Source: a virus
Taxonomy: Duplodnaviria > Caudoviricetes
Virus record (IMG/VR): IMGVR_UViG_3300033121_000493
Span: 96,001-160,000 of that record
Strand: one strand, 5' to 3'
Length of the DNA: 64,000 bases
Positions 39,901 to 50,245 of the stretch are shown piece after piece. The notes beneath the pieces were generated by a model. That model was given only the letters and a program-made list of their open reading frames with translations. It did not search any database and had not been told where the DNA came from. The position numbers and the translations under genes were made by a program. Every line of letters begins with the position of its first letter. Position 1 is the stretch's first letter.

Positions 39901-40713
39901 GGCTATGTGCGGATCATTTTTGTCTACGTGTATATTTGCTACAAGATCAGCTGTTAGTAACTTTTTTATCATATAGACTACTGTTTACCGGCAAACCCGA
40001 GCAAGTACGTGAGGCTGTCAATTGTCAGCTTCTCCAGAGAGAACACACCATCTACTATAGTAGCGTAATAGTATAGATGACATTGATTACACGTACCAAA
40101 AACAATCGGCGCAGGCTTATCCGCAAACGGGCCAAGCGTAATTCTAGCCACACCTACGACGAACGCCGCGCCTTCTGTATCGCCGACTCCGACTTTGTAC
40201 ATATCTTTTAGCGGTAGAGTAGCTGAGATATACCGGTCTGACTGACAAATAGGACAACGCCCAGTAAACTCGGTGAACGCTGAAATAGGTAGTTTACCTA
40301 CTTCTACACCGTCAGCCAGCAGAGTTACGGAGCATGCCTCTAAGTCTACGGCATACGCTATCGTCATTATTCGTACACTCTTCGTTTGCGTTTTTTGCTG
40401 CTATAAATATATACGTTAAATCTTCTATCATACACTTTTCTACACTTATAAACTGCGTTGCATTAATCTTACCTGTTAGTAATAAGCCACAATTCCTACA
40501 TGAAAAAGTAACATGATGCCCATTATGACGACGAAATGCTTTTTTCTCCCACACGCAATCCAAGCTAGTGCATACAAAGCACTTAGGAGAAGCGCGGTGG
40601 CGGTAACGCTGCGGTGTCCAGCTTTCTGGCGGTAACGGCAGTTCAACAAAGTATACCTGGTCGTATACTAAAAATGACCTTGTTCCAACAAGCGCCCACG
40701 AAAGAGTCGTCAT
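36923..40713 (-). other. Tandem array of 11 small zinc-ribbon (CxxC...CxxC) paralogous genes: 36923..37198, 37173..37517, 37529..37891, 37881..38255, 38236..38592, 38579..38929, 38913..39314, 39311..39637, 39652..39972, 39978..40367, 40312..40713
   Basis: Each has two CxxC pairs; most end in an L(P/T)YLL-type motif. Confidence 0.8.
37902..38640 (+). repeat. 38-bp identical direct repeat (37902-37939, 38603-38640; partial copy 37554-37575)
   Basis: CTCGTAGGCTAGGAGGTATGGTAAAGTGGTATCGTATA, encoding YDTTLPYLLAYE on the minus strand. Confidence 0.9.
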
Positions 40714-40714
40714 A

Positions 40715-41539
40715 TTATACCTTATAGTATGTCGGCACCCAGAAACCGTCAACTTCTTTAAAGTCCCCCATCAGTGACGGCAACCTGCCTGAAATAAGTT
40801 TTAACATACACCCAACAATACATGCGATTTCCTCTTCAGCGTGTGGCGATGAACGCATAGTTATAACGTGCCGAATGGCTCGAATATTGAATGACCACAT
40901 TCCGCCAGTGCATATTCCCATAGGAAGAATCCGGCGAAGCATGGACGTTACAGTCTTTTTATACTTGAAATCCTTATCAGGTTCGTCAAGACCCCACAGT
41001 TTAACTAGCTCAGTATATGTTTCTTCAGTCTTAGCAAGTAACTTACTGCACTCATCTAGGGTAGCCTTTTTCTTCTTGGCCTCTTCCTCAGTGTCATTAG
41101 GGTTTTCACGGAGTGACGGCGGCACCCAAAAAGGAATTTCAGTAAATCGAACATAGCGTAACGACTGCTCACTGATAGCGACACCGGCTCTATGCCGATT
41201 CAGTTCTGCTGTAGCTACACGAGTAAGATTTTCAATACCAAAGTTAAACATAGCATGCTCAAAAACAGAGCCGTGTCCTTGCTTCAGAACATTACCTAGG
41301 TGGTCAGCAAGACTTTCTCTTACCTTAGTAACGTTTGGATTCGCGCCGGGTTTAAAGCTGTTGTAACACCGTTTAGCGGCAAGCGACACCAGCATTTCAC
41401 CCTGGTTAGGCATAGTATCAATGTCAGGCGGCAACTTATAGTCACTGCAACCGTTAATGCCGCGAATCCAATCTTCGGCAGCCGTAGTATCGATAGTTGG
41501 AAATCCGATCAAACTAACTTTGATTTCTTTAAACTGCAT
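40715..41539 (-). CDS. thyX: FAD-dependent thymidylate synthase
   Basis: GHGSVFEH, ELNRHR, SEQSLRYV, NIRAIRHVITMR, HAEEEI. Confidence 0.95.
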   Translation of the reverse strand: MQFKEIKVSLIGFPTIDTTAAEDWIRGINGCSDYKLPPDIDTMPNQGEMLVSLAAKRCYNSFKPGANPNVTKVRESLADHLGNVLKQGHGSVFEHAMFNFGIENLTRVATAELNRHRAGVAISEQSLRYVRFTEIPFWVPPSLRENPNDTEEEAKKKKATLDECSKLLAKTEETYTELVKLWGLDEPDKDFKYKKTVTSMLRRILPMGICTGGMWSFNIRAIRHVITMRSSPHAEEEIACIVGCMLKLISGRLPSLMGDFKEVDGFWVPTYYKV

Positions 41540-41566
41540 GACGTTGGTCTTCCTACGCGTAGCGCG

Positions 41567-42337
41567 CTACACGCGATACACTTTGTAAGTTTCTTGTATT
41601 CCGCCAACCCTGTTAATGATATTAGCCATAAACGGGTGTACAGACTTGTTTTCTTGTGCTAATTGCAAATGACGTAAAAAAATCGCTGGTGATCTTGGCT
41701 GTTCTTTACTTACGAAATGCTTATTGCGTAAGTCATCGGTATGACTATTGTGACTAGTCAACTTTGCGGCGTAGCTATCAATACTACCACCGGCTAATTG
41801 CGCACGAACTATTATATCCGTGTCCTCATACCCCCAAGCAGTATCAAAGGACTCGTCATAATGCCCAATGCGTTCAAACAACCACTTACTAATAGCTAAC
41901 GTACCAGTTGAGCCGCCAGCGTCTCTACCGTGTAGTAAGAAATCGTTTACAACAATACCGCCTCGCGGCATATTGGCCAATTTTGTAGCGACAACGGTAC
42001 ACCACGATTTGTCCAACCATACGTCACAGTCGACGAACGCTATATCGCGCCCTGTAGCTAGTCTTCCGCCGATATTACGAAATCGACTAGCTCGGTAACA
42101 CATATCGTTAACGAGCTCAACAATCGTGACGTCTTTACCTGTAGCGTGCAGTATCTTAGATTGGGCTACATCGTTGTGGCCAATAACAAAAATATACTCA
42201 ATGTTAGGATACGATTGATCGAAGAAATATGGTAAAGCAAGTTTAAGAAATTCCCAGCGATCATAGCAAACAGATACTATACTAAGTTTCCTTAGTTGGT
42301 TTAGATTTAGCTTGTTTTGCAGCTTGTCGCCTACCAC
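41567..42337 (-). CDS. Glycosyltransferase (GT-A, GT2/GT7C-like)
   Basis: QSYPNIEYI, RNIG, FVDCD, GHYDESF..WGYEDTD. Confidence 0.85.
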   Translation of the reverse strand: MVGDKLQNKLNLNQLRKLSIVSVCYDRWEFLKLALPYFFDQSYPNIEYIFVIGHNDVAQSKILHATGKDVTIVELVNDMCYRASRFRNIGGRLATGRDIAFVDCDVWLDKSWCTVVATKLANMPRGGIVVNDFLLHGRDAGGSTGTLAISKWLFERIGHYDESFDTAWGYEDTDIIVRAQLAGGSIDSYAAKLTSHNSHTDDLRNKHFVSKEQPRSPAIFLRHLQLAQENKSVHPFMANIINRVGGIQETYKVYRV

Positions 42338-42851
42338 GCTCTTCTTCTCGTTTTATGAAGTAATCGTACGCCGCGTCCTCATCTTTACTTGTGTATACGC
42401 CACCTTTAATCAAAAACTCAGAAAACACTACAGCAAAACGCACGGCAGTATAGTCACGCCACGAAGATTCAAGTATCTCAGCGTACAGCTTATTGTAGCG
42501 GTCCGCCACTGCCGGATCTGTGCCATTTTGCGCGAGCAGTATAGCATGCTTAGCTGCTGTAGCTTTTGCTTTATATGCCTTACCTATTAGCAACTTAATT
42601 ATGTTATACAAGTACTCTACGGGTGCGTCTCGAATATCTATAAACTTACCGTCTGCAGTTCGCCATTTGTATGCGTTGATAACTACAGCACGACCACTAT
42701 GGCCGATACTGTTAAACATTTGATGGCGGTGTAGCCAAGTTTTGGGCGTACCACACGTAGGACAAATCCGGCCTGGTCCACCTTCGTACACACCGGCTTT
42801 TTTGCACAAAGGGCACGGACGTACACTATCTGACTTCATACGTATAAGCAT
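42282..42851 (-). CDS. Hypothetical zinc-ribbon protein
   Basis: CPLC..CPTC; WRTADGKFIDIRD..EYLYNII. Confidence 0.6.
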   Translation of the reverse strand: MLIRMKSDSVRPCPLCKKAGVYEGGPGRICPTCGTPKTWLHRHQMFNSIGHSGRAVVINAYKWRTADGKFIDIRDAPVEYLYNIIKLLIGKAYKAKATAAKHAILLAQNGTDPAVADRYNKLYAEILESSWRDYTAVRFAVVFSEFLIKGGVYTSKDEDAAYDYFIKREEERGRRQAAKQAKSKPTKET

Positions 42852-43632
42852 TTTCGTCTGCACGCGGTAACCCGCCTTTTCCTGTTTCGCCTGGCAGTTC
42901 AAACCCAGATGTGACTATGCACGAGTTCGAAAACTTCTTATGTGCAGTATAAGATTGAGTAATATCATGTGTTGGATACGGCTCAAGCCTGGACTCATCC
43001 GAATGTGTTAAAAATGATAACCTCGAAGAATCGTAGTACTTAACAACTTCTCCGCAATCATCAGCTGCTAACCGTAATCTAGTAGTATAGTCTTCAAACT
43101 CATAGCCCCATCCAACAGGAGTTTCCATCATCAATTCGTTAAACCCGTTTACGCGGGTATGCAACCATCGCTTTACGACTACTAGCTTACCGGCTTCAGC
43201 GTTATGCGGTACGTTGTGTAAAAACACGTCATTAATATAAGCAGCCCACGAGAAGTTGTGGAGGTTTAAATCAGACAAAAAGTTATCGGCTGGCAAAATA
43301 TCAGCTGTTGTAAAAACAATGATCTCGCTGGTGGTGGCGCGAGCTCCGATATTAAACGCATTAGCTATATTCCAATTAGGTGTATTAATGAATACGTTAC
43401 GCGTTGTTTTGTCATTAAAAATGATAGAATCAGTCGAATAACTGGCCACAACGATCTCTAACTTGCCGTCGTATGTGCAACGTTGCCAGGCTGTAAGTGC
43501 TTCTCTGAGGTGATCAGATCTAGAATAGAACGGAATAACAACTGAAATGCTAGGTTTATTTTTAGGAGAACTGCTAATATCTAGGGGTACTTTACGTACC
43601 GACGCCGAAATCTGGCTCGTCGTCCTCATCAT
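42826..43632 (-). CDS. Glycosyltransferase (GT-A, GT2/GT7C-like; start uncertain)
   Basis: ISVVIPFY, FNIGA, FTTADI, GFNE..GWGYE. Confidence 0.8.
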   Translation of the reverse strand: MMRTTSQISASVRKVPLDISSSPKNKPSISVVIPFYSRSDHLREALTAWQRCTYDGKLEIVVASYSTDSIIFNDKTTRNVFINTPNWNIANAFNIGARATTSEIIVFTTADILPADNFLSDLNLHNFSWAAYINDVFLHNVPHNAEAGKLVVVKRWLHTRVNGFNELMMETPVGWGYEFEDYTTRLRLAADDCGEVVKYYDSSRLSFLTHSDESRLEPYPTHDITQSYTAHKKFSNSCIVTSGFELPGETGKGGLPRADENAYTYEVR

Positions 43633-43834
43633 CGGGGGTCTTAAAGGGCTCATCAGTTTCTTGCTTCCCAGCTTCGGCCTCAGCCTCGGCAGCGTTAACT
43701 TGACGCGCAAACTCTTCAAAAAAGAGATTCACCAAAGTAGTGCTTTGGCTTAAACTAAACGCCGGTAAAGACGCAGCCTCATCGTCTGTGATAAACCCTT
43801 CGTCGGCTTCATCAAGTGGAAACTCGTGTTCCAT
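43592..43834 (-). CDS. Small acidic hypothetical protein
   Basis: Starts MEHEFPL; D/E-rich. Confidence 0.6.
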   Translation of the reverse strand: MEHEFPLDEADEGFITDDEAASLPAFSLSQSTTLVNLFFEEFARQVNAAEAEAEAGKQETDEPFKTPDDEDDEPDFGVGT

Positions 43835-44453
43835 TTTCCTGTTCCTTGTTGTGTTTCTTGATTTTGTCACGGATACGATTGCATATTAGTTGCGTTAACA
43901 AACAGTGAACAGACTCAACACAATACGAGGATACTGGATCAGTATCACCTATGGCTTGAACGCGCATAGCTGTATGTGCAAACTTAGCTATTGGTGTACC
44001 AGGATATGACGTTGATACTATAACAGATATACCGGAGGCATGAGCTACACTAGCGGCCTCTATGATATCGTCAGAAGAAGGATCATAGGCAAAAGCCCAA
44101 AAACAATCACCGACTGACGCTTGTCTAGATATATCCATTGCTGGTATTCCATGTTTCTTAATTCGCCTGTTGGCTGGATTAAAAAAGTCTGTACCTACCA
44201 GTGAAGCACGCAGCCAGCTCTGCTTAATTTTATTGTTAGGCTCGTATTTAGTTAATAGCCTAGCTGCTTCTGCTGCCATCAAATATCCTGAATCCGATCC
44301 GTATAGCCATAATGTTCTATTAGCTGTGTAAGTTTTAAACAATAGTGCACATGTGGTGTCAACTGCTTTAATTAGCATATCGTCGTTTAATTGCTGAAAA
44401 ACAGTTTCACACGTTACACGTGCCGCTCTGAGATCAATAAGATTAGCTGCCAC
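43812..44453 (-). CDS. SIS-domain, GmhA (phosphoheptose isomerase)-like protein with degenerate active site
   Basis: Collinear with GmhA (LWLYG, GDCFWAF, IIEAASVAHASGISVI, VESVH), but GNGGS becomes GSDSG and STSG becomes AYDP. Confidence 0.65.
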   Translation of the reverse strand: MAANLIDLRAARVTCETVFQQLNDDMLIKAVDTTCALLFKTYTANRTLWLYGSDSGYLMAAEAARLLTKYEPNNKIKQSWLRASLVGTDFFNPANRRIKKHGIPAMDISRQASVGDCFWAFAYDPSSDDIIEAASVAHASGISVIVSTSYPGTPIAKFAHTAMRVQAIGDTDPVSSYCVESVHCLLTQLICNRIRDKIKKHNKEQENGTRVST

Positions 44454-44460
44454 AAAAGCC

Positions 44461-44922
44461 TCAAATATGAAAGGTACGTTTATTTACAACTACATTAGCT
44501 TTATCACCCAGCACAGCGAGCGCTACAATAGTTGGCAACCATGAAATATCGCCAAATGCGTGCTGTAGATAGTCTTTTGCTTGTTTGATAGTACAAGCGT
44601 TAGCCATTAAGTCAAATTGTATTTTCGATAAGCTAAATCTTGTTACCGATATAAATGTCAGTATTCTGGTTAGACTAATCTCACAATGCTCATTGAGGAC
44701 TTCTGCGCCATAAATGTTATCGTCATTTTTAGCAGATGACTCTGTCGCATCGTTCACCAAGAGCATCGCTTTGTCTTGCAGCAATTTATTCAGTTGCTGT
44801 AACAGTAGCACAAAATCTAAAACGGGACCGTCTTCTGGGTAGTCTACAATAGTATTATAAGCGCCAAACGCGGGCTGTAGCGCAACAGTGGCAATAGAGG
44901 CGCTTACTACTGGTCTATCCAT
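44461..44922 (-). CDS. Hypothetical protein
   Basis: 153-aa ORF. Confidence 0.65.
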   Translation of the reverse strand: MDRPVVSASIATVALQPAFGAYNTIVDYPEDGPVLDFVLLLQQLNKLLQDKAMLLVNDATESSAKNDDNIYGAEVLNEHCEISLTRILTFISVTRFSLSKIQFDLMANACTIKQAKDYLQHAFGDISWLPTIVALAVLGDKANVVVNKRTFHI

Positions 44923-45655
44923 TACTCACCGGCAAAAGTTTCACAAAAGATTGCTCCTGCAACAATCTGTTCAAAATAACAGTACGCACGTCCTCCACAG
45001 ATTCTAACGGACTGTACGGTACACCAATCACAGTTTTACCGCACATCTTGTACTGAGAGCCAGTAGCTAAATAGGCTACTGCGTTGTAGTCTTTTGCTCT
45101 AGCCTGGTATTCTTCAAACCCGTTAGCTTCGTATTTATCTTTTACGTTATCTTTACCAGCTGCTGCCAACGCGCGCGAATAAGCTACTTTATGATCCAGC
45201 ATTAAAATCATAGTTATGTCAGGAGGCTCTAAGCGCACAGCTGTCATCATTGAATACAACTGTCCAGCTAAATTATACTGCCCTGATGTTAACGTAGCGT
45301 CAGGCCAATTATTAAGCTTCGCTAGCGCCTGCCAGCCGTACACATAAAAGCCAACAGCAAACCTGTCTAACACAATTATGGCACCAGGATTATCAGTTTG
45401 TATTTTCTTAATCGCAGAAGCGCACTCTAGCTTAGCGGCAAGAAATAGCATCAATCTAGTAGCGGGATTTTCAAATTCAGAATAGCGGCCTAAACGTCTA
45501 AGTTCTTGCGCCGCCGTATGATTATCGTCAACGCCGGGATCGCGAAAGCTATAAACGCTATTAGGGTTACCAGTCTTTTCTTTAAGCCAGTCTACCAGAA
45601 GTTTAGCTTGCGTACTTTTGCCGGTTCCGTGTGGTCCTTCTAAGCAGATTACCAT
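44915..45655 (-). CDS. tmk: Thymidylate kinase family dNMP kinase
   Basis: LEGPHGTGKSTQ P-loop, RDPG, LFLA, LDRF, PDIT, DKYE. Confidence 0.9.
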   Translation of the reverse strand: MVICLEGPHGTGKSTQAKLLVDWLKEKTGNPNSVYSFRDPGVDDNHTAAQELRRLGRYSEFENPATRLMLFLAAKLECASAIKKIQTDNPGAIIVLDRFAVGFYVYGWQALAKLNNWPDATLTSGQYNLAGQLYSMMTAVRLEPPDITMILMLDHKVAYSRALAAAGKDNVKDKYEANGFEEYQARAKDYNAVAYLATGSQYKMCGKTVIGVPYSPLESVEDVRTVILNRLLQEQSFVKLLPVSNG

Positions 45656-46161
45656 ACATCTTGCTCCATTAAATAGAACGGACTAAGCATATCAGACGAA
45701 GGAATCAAACTAGCTATCTTACTAACAATATTAGCATGCCTGGCCTGTAACGATTGTGCGCTGGTGGCCGTATTAAAAAGTTGCGGATTTGTAAGCATAT
45801 TATAGACGTATATTAAGTCATGCACAGTTAGTTTAAGCACCCTAGTTTTAGCGAGCTCGTCTACGGTGACTGGTTTAAGTCGTTCAGACAAAAAGGCGGC
45901 TTCTTTCTTTTTACGCAACAACTCGTCAGGACGTATTCTGTAGTATGAGGACGATTTTGGAAGTCCCAGGCTATTGAGTATTGTTGCCATCTCTGAGTAA
46001 GTAGCGCACTCTACATCAAAACTACCGTAGGCTACGCCCCTGAGCTCTCTTGCCCGCTTATCACCATTAATTCCACATTTAGCTTTTAGCTCGTCTACAC
46101 TATGCCAGTTACCGTCTTTCAAAATATTAAACGCGTCGAACGGTGAGGCTGTTTTACGCAT
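45649..46161 (-). CDS. Hypothetical protein with an N-terminal winged-HTH-like segment
   Basis: LKDGNWHSVDEL ... KRARELR. Confidence 0.55.
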   Translation of the reverse strand: MRKTASPFDAFNILKDGNWHSVDELKAKCGINGDKRARELRGVAYGSFDVECATYSEMATILNSLGLPKSSSYYRIRPDELLRKKKEAAFLSERLKPVTVDELAKTRVLKLTVHDLIYVYNMLTNPQLFNTATSAQSLQARHANIVSKIASLIPSSDMLSPFYLMEQDVW

Positions 46162-47017
46162 GGCTTAGCTCAGCTACAAACTTAGTCATGGCAGCGTGAA
46201 GAATATCACGTTTGACGTACCACATAGGTGTCAAAAATTGACATGGGGTATTATGAGGATTCCAGTGTTTGGTGTACCTATCACGGATATTGTCACTTCC
46301 GCCACCCCATACTATATGTGGCGTTTTAGTATACGCCGCTAGATGCATAGGTCCAGATGACGACCCTATAACAAAACTAGCACAGTTATAAATGGCGATA
46401 AGATCATCTAGAGTAGTAGAGTTAGTGAGATTAATACCACACTCGTTATGAAATTTATCGTTTACATTACCTACAAAAATCAGCTTTTTACCATTATGAT
46501 CACACCACTCAGACACAGCGTCAATCGACAACTGAGAAGTATTCTTTTGCGGGCTTCTATGTAGCATACGCAAGTGCATAACGACAGCGTCGCCTGCTAT
46601 CTCGCTCCATTTGTCGCGATGCGCGGTGTCCGGCTTTAGCGTAATCGCCGCTTTTTCATTATTACGAAAACCAAACATACGATACGCGGCACGCGGCAAT
46701 TTAATAGTAGTAACTGTATGCCCTAACAGTTGTAAGCGTAATACTGCTTTGTCAGCGGCAGCATACAGTTCTCGAAAGTAATCGTGAGCTTCTGGTTTAT
46801 GTGTGAGAAAAGCGTTACACTCGGTAAACGCTTCAAACTTAGTAACACTAGTTATTTCAGGATTAAATATCCGGTATAAACCTTCTCTAGATACGCGTGT
46901 ACCTGCGTGTACTGCGTCAAATTCATGTGAAATAAACTCATGGTATACGCGCGGAAGCCAATTACCTAGCTCCCAGCCGAGTTCACCACAATATGGGTAT
47001 GCATATAGAATTTTCAT
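46154..47017 (-). CDS. GT9 (heptosyltransferase-like) glycosyltransferase
   Basis: INLTNSTTLDDLIAI, FVIGSSSGPMHLAA. Confidence 0.85.
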   Translation of the reverse strand: MKILYAYPYCGELGWELGNWLPRVYHEFISHEFDAVHAGTRVSREGLYRIFNPEITSVTKFEAFTECNAFLTHKPEAHDYFRELYAAADKAVLRLQLLGHTVTTIKLPRAAYRMFGFRNNEKAAITLKPDTAHRDKWSEIAGDAVVMHLRMLHRSPQKNTSQLSIDAVSEWCDHNGKKLIFVGNVNDKFHNECGINLTNSTTLDDLIAIYNCASFVIGSSSGPMHLAAYTKTPHIVWGGGSDNIRDRYTKHWNPHNTPCQFLTPMWYVKRDILHAAMTKFVAELSHA

Positions 47018-47844
47018 TGGCTTTTCAGTCCAAACTGCTCGGTAATATCCGAGCCAATAGTCTCACGAGTTCCACCGACCGATGTCACTTTTGATATGTT
47101 AGACCCGTTGTTGACTACGTATATAACAGCGCGAAATGGTAGCGGAAAAGTAACTTTACCTGCTTGCCTAATCCGCTCAAACACACTCGCGTGCCCCGCA
47201 AACAACCAGTGCGTTTTACGATCAAACGCATTTACGTTTCCATGCGTATTAAACAACTCACGGTCTTGTACTGTTATTCTATTGATATTACAAGAGCCAC
47301 ATGTCTTATGAAACGCGTCAAGTAGTCTTAGCTCATTAGTACCTAAAACGTGGCTATAGCCTTTAGTTACGGTATAACCGCCACAATCAGGCTGGTTACT
47401 AGTCATAACGTAACTAGCTAAATTGCGGTTTACCATGTCGTCAGCGTCTACTAACATAACGTATTCACATTCCGGATCTTTGAGTGCTTCTGTTAGGCAC
47501 ACTTTAATCTTTGAATACTTATCGTTAACTTTGCGACGTGTTATATCTGGCAAAGCAGGAAGTATTTTACCTGACAACTCGTTGTACTCATCCAGTTCTA
47601 TCGTTTTAGGTGTTGAAAACGTTACGCGATGATGTTTCAATCTGCTGTTCGCTAACAACTCAGTATCGGCTATTGGAAGATCGTCATGAGAAGCCACGTT
47701 GACCTGAACACCGTCGTACGACTGGCGCAGCAAAGACTGTAGACATAACGTAAACGTAGTCTCTACCGAGTTTAATTTACCGCTCCAATTATCTTGTACC
47801 ATGACACGAGGCATGAGAGGAACCAGAAAGTGGAATTTAGCCAT
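47014..47844 (-). CDS. Glycosyltransferase (GT-A)
   Basis: CLQSLLRQ, DKYSK, YVMLVDADD, CGSC, PLPFRAVIY. Confidence 0.75.
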   Translation of the reverse strand: MAKFHFLVPLMPRVMVQDNWSGKLNSVETTFTLCLQSLLRQSYDGVQVNVASHDDLPIADTELLANSRLKHHRVTFSTPKTIELDEYNELSGKILPALPDITRRKVNDKYSKIKVCLTEALKDPECEYVMLVDADDMVNRNLASYVMTSNQPDCGGYTVTKGYSHVLGTNELRLLDAFHKTCGSCNINRITVQDRELFNTHGNVNAFDRKTHWLFAGHASVFERIRQAGKVTFPLPFRAVIYVVNNGSNISKVTSVGGTRETIGSDITEQFGLKSQ

Positions 47845-48808
47845 TAGGCACCTGTCTAAGGCAGTTCAAGATGTTATCTACTGCTCGATCTATAGATAGA
47901 TGATTGGTGTAATGATTTCTCGGACTAAGTTTATTGTAATTACGCAGCGCCCAATCTAAGTCGTCGCTAAATGTGGTTTCATCAAAAACTCTACCGACAT
48001 TCTTAGGGCAGTATAAGTCAAAGTTTAGCCTGGTAGAATTACTTACCAGAATAGGACAACCACACGCTAACGCTTCCGGCACGACACGCGGGCATGAATC
48101 TTGTCCGCGCGTATGTATTACAGCAACTTTAGCTTGCGCGTACAACAGTGGTAATTCTTTGCGCGGTACCCAGCCCGTAAACGTACCAGTAGGACAAGTC
48201 TTTGCCCATTTACTGCGACTAATGCCTACGTGAATAAACGGCACGCCTTTCAGGGCGTCTAGCACAAACGTATGACCTTTATAGGCGTGCTTACTGTAAT
48301 TAGCCACAAAGATAACGTCATACCGTTTTTCAGCTGGCATCGGCATAAACACATTATCAGCAGCTGGCTTAACAAACAACGACGCGCAGTAGCCATTATT
48401 CTGCGCGGCCATTAGCTGTTTAAGAGTATCTACGAAAACCAGATCCCAAGGACCACCGGCTGGCGGTACAGCGCGGGCACCGGCACCATAGTAAATCTTT
48501 ACTGCAGACTTGTGTCTGGCAGCTTCAACAGTCATAAAGTCGAAACCGCCGCGCGCAAACACTACGTCTGGTGTGAATAAACACTTAGTTTTAGCGTATC
48601 TATCCACCCAGCGCTCTTTGAACGCGTCCGAATAGTCTACAACTCGGTTGCCTTTTTCGTACCACAGCTCGCCATACCCGTTTGTTTTAGTAACAAGTCT
48701 ATTAGCGAGCTGTAACCACATATCGTCATTTTCAGACAATGTATTAAACGTTATCTGACTCGCTGGGCGGTCAGACGGCACTTGTCCTCGTAGAAATAGG
48801 AGACGCAT
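47837..48808 (-). CDS. Glycosyltransferase (GT-B, GT4-like)
   Basis: YKGH, GWVPRKEL, DSCPRVVPEALACGCP. Start moved to MRLLFL. Confidence 0.85.
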   Translation of the reverse strand: MRLLFLRGQVPSDRPASQITFNTLSENDDMWLQLANRLVTKTNGYGELWYEKGNRVVDYSDAFKERWVDRYAKTKCLFTPDVVFARGGFDFMTVEAARHKSAVKIYYGAGARAVPPAGGPWDLVFVDTLKQLMAAQNNGYCASLFVKPAADNVFMPMPAEKRYDVIFVANYSKHAYKGHTFVLDALKGVPFIHVGISRSKWAKTCPTGTFTGWVPRKELPLLYAQAKVAVIHTRGQDSCPRVVPEALACGCPILVSNSTRLNFDLYCPKNVGRVFDETTFSDDLDWALRNYNKLSPRNHYTNHLSIDRAVDNILNCLRQVPNG

Positions 48809-48815
48809 TCTTATA

Positions 48816-49517
48816 CTATCCTGCAGGTTTACCGTCAGAGTAAACCCAATGAGTAAACTTGTCCTTAGAAAATCCAATATCTCTAGGCTTTAATAAACCA
48901 CGTTCGGCGCGCCAATCTGCGCCATTGTCCTTAACTATGCCTTTTTTGTTAGGATAAATAACGGCCAATAAGTGTGTACCGTATGTGTTTATCAGATGTC
49001 GGCAAAGTTGCTTCTCGGGATCACCGTCGCCGTGAAACGATTTTACCATAGCGTATATTAAATCGCTGCGTAAAACGCTAGGAGTCATACACACAGCAGG
49101 CTGATTAGCGGAATTTACTTTAGGCAATCTGCATTGCCACACAGGTCCGCTTTTATGCTTTGCTGCTTCGAGCGCAGTAATCATGTCGTCTAAGTTCACC
49201 TTACGTAACATCAGCCAGTCGTCTTCTAGATGAAACGTATATTTGTAATCCGCTACCTGCGACCACAACCACTTTACCGCTAATGGGAATGATGGTGAAT
49301 TAGTCAGGTTAGCTTTAACTTTACCAAAGAACTGCTCAGCCACGGCTACAACATCTTCATAGGTGTAATTTGTAGATACGGCAACGTTATCTATATTGAG
49401 AAACAAAGTAAACTGCTTAAAGTCTACGCCTAGATTTTCCTGAAACGAGCTATACGTCTCGCGCAGGATATCCGGTCGTATTACGGTAGGAGTAGTAAAA
49501 CACAGCGTAGTATTCAC
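48816..49517 (-). CDS. Glycosyltransferase (GT-A)
   Basis: RPDILRETYSSF, NID, FHLEDDW; paralogue of 49514..50227. Confidence 0.7.
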   Translation of the reverse strand: MNTTLCFTTPTVIRPDILRETYSSFQENLGVDFKQFTLFLNIDNVAVSTNYTYEDVVAVAEQFFGKVKANLTNSPSFPLAVKWLWSQVADYKYTFHLEDDWLMLRKVNLDDMITALEAAKHKSGPVWQCRLPKVNSANQPAVCMTPSVLRSDLIYAMVKSFHGDGDPEKQLCRHLINTYGTHLLAVIYPNKKGIVKDNGADWRAERGLLKPRDIGFSKDKFTHWVYSDGKPAG

Positions 49518-50227
49518 GGCTTACTTCCGAATACGACTCCAGAACTGTCACACCATTTAGTAAATGATGTTTTCAGCCCGCCCAGCTCGTTAGGTTTAAA
49601 TATCGAACGAGTTTTTCGCCACGCTCTACCTATATCAACAACCATATTGGTTTTTTTAGCGTAGGCAGTAATAGCGCACTTTCTCGTGCCAAACTGTGCC
49701 TCTACTAATTTCTTTACCTGCGACTCAAACGCCACAGCAGTATCTAACTTAGACGACACTAAATTGCACAAGGCGCGAGAGTATATACCTGGCGACGTAC
49801 ATATCACCCTGTCGTTCATTGGCTTTTCACGCGGCAATCTAACTTGTAGCAGCGGCGGACTAGTTATAGTGTAATCAGCAAAGATCTTTAACATCTCGCT
49901 TATATTAAATGGCGCTTTAGCTTCCCAATCATCTTCTAGCCAAAATACATACGGCTCGTTACTTCGAGTCATAAGATGTAAAGCTGAAGAAGGATAACCC
50001 AAATTTGTAGTATGGATGCAACTACGCACATTTTTGAAATACTTTTTGGCGCAGTTAATAACGTCATCAGCAGTACAATCTGGGTTTAGCGGCGCATTAT
50101 CAATACAGATATTTGCGTCAAATTCGCTAAGACCGGGCGTACAGTGTTTACTAAAACTAGACAGTGTTTTGTCTAGTACACTAGCCCGCAATACAGCCGG
50201 GATACAGAACACTAAATCGTTAGCCAT
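49514..50227 (-). CDS. Glycosyltransferase (GT-A)
   Basis: RASVLDKTLSSF, CID, FWLEDDW, SPG, DIGRAWR. Confidence 0.7.
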   Translation of the reverse strand: MANDLVFCIPAVLRASVLDKTLSSFSKHCTPGLSEFDANICIDNAPLNPDCTADDVINCAKKYFKNVRSCIHTTNLGYPSSALHLMTRSNEPYVFWLEDDWEAKAPFNISEMLKIFADYTITSPPLLQVRLPREKPMNDRVICTSPGIYSRALCNLVSSKLDTAVAFESQVKKLVEAQFGTRKCAITAYAKKTNMVVDIGRAWRKTRSIFKPNELGGLKTSFTKWCDSSGVVFGSKP

Positions 50228-50245
50228 GATAGCCTCAAGTTTCGA

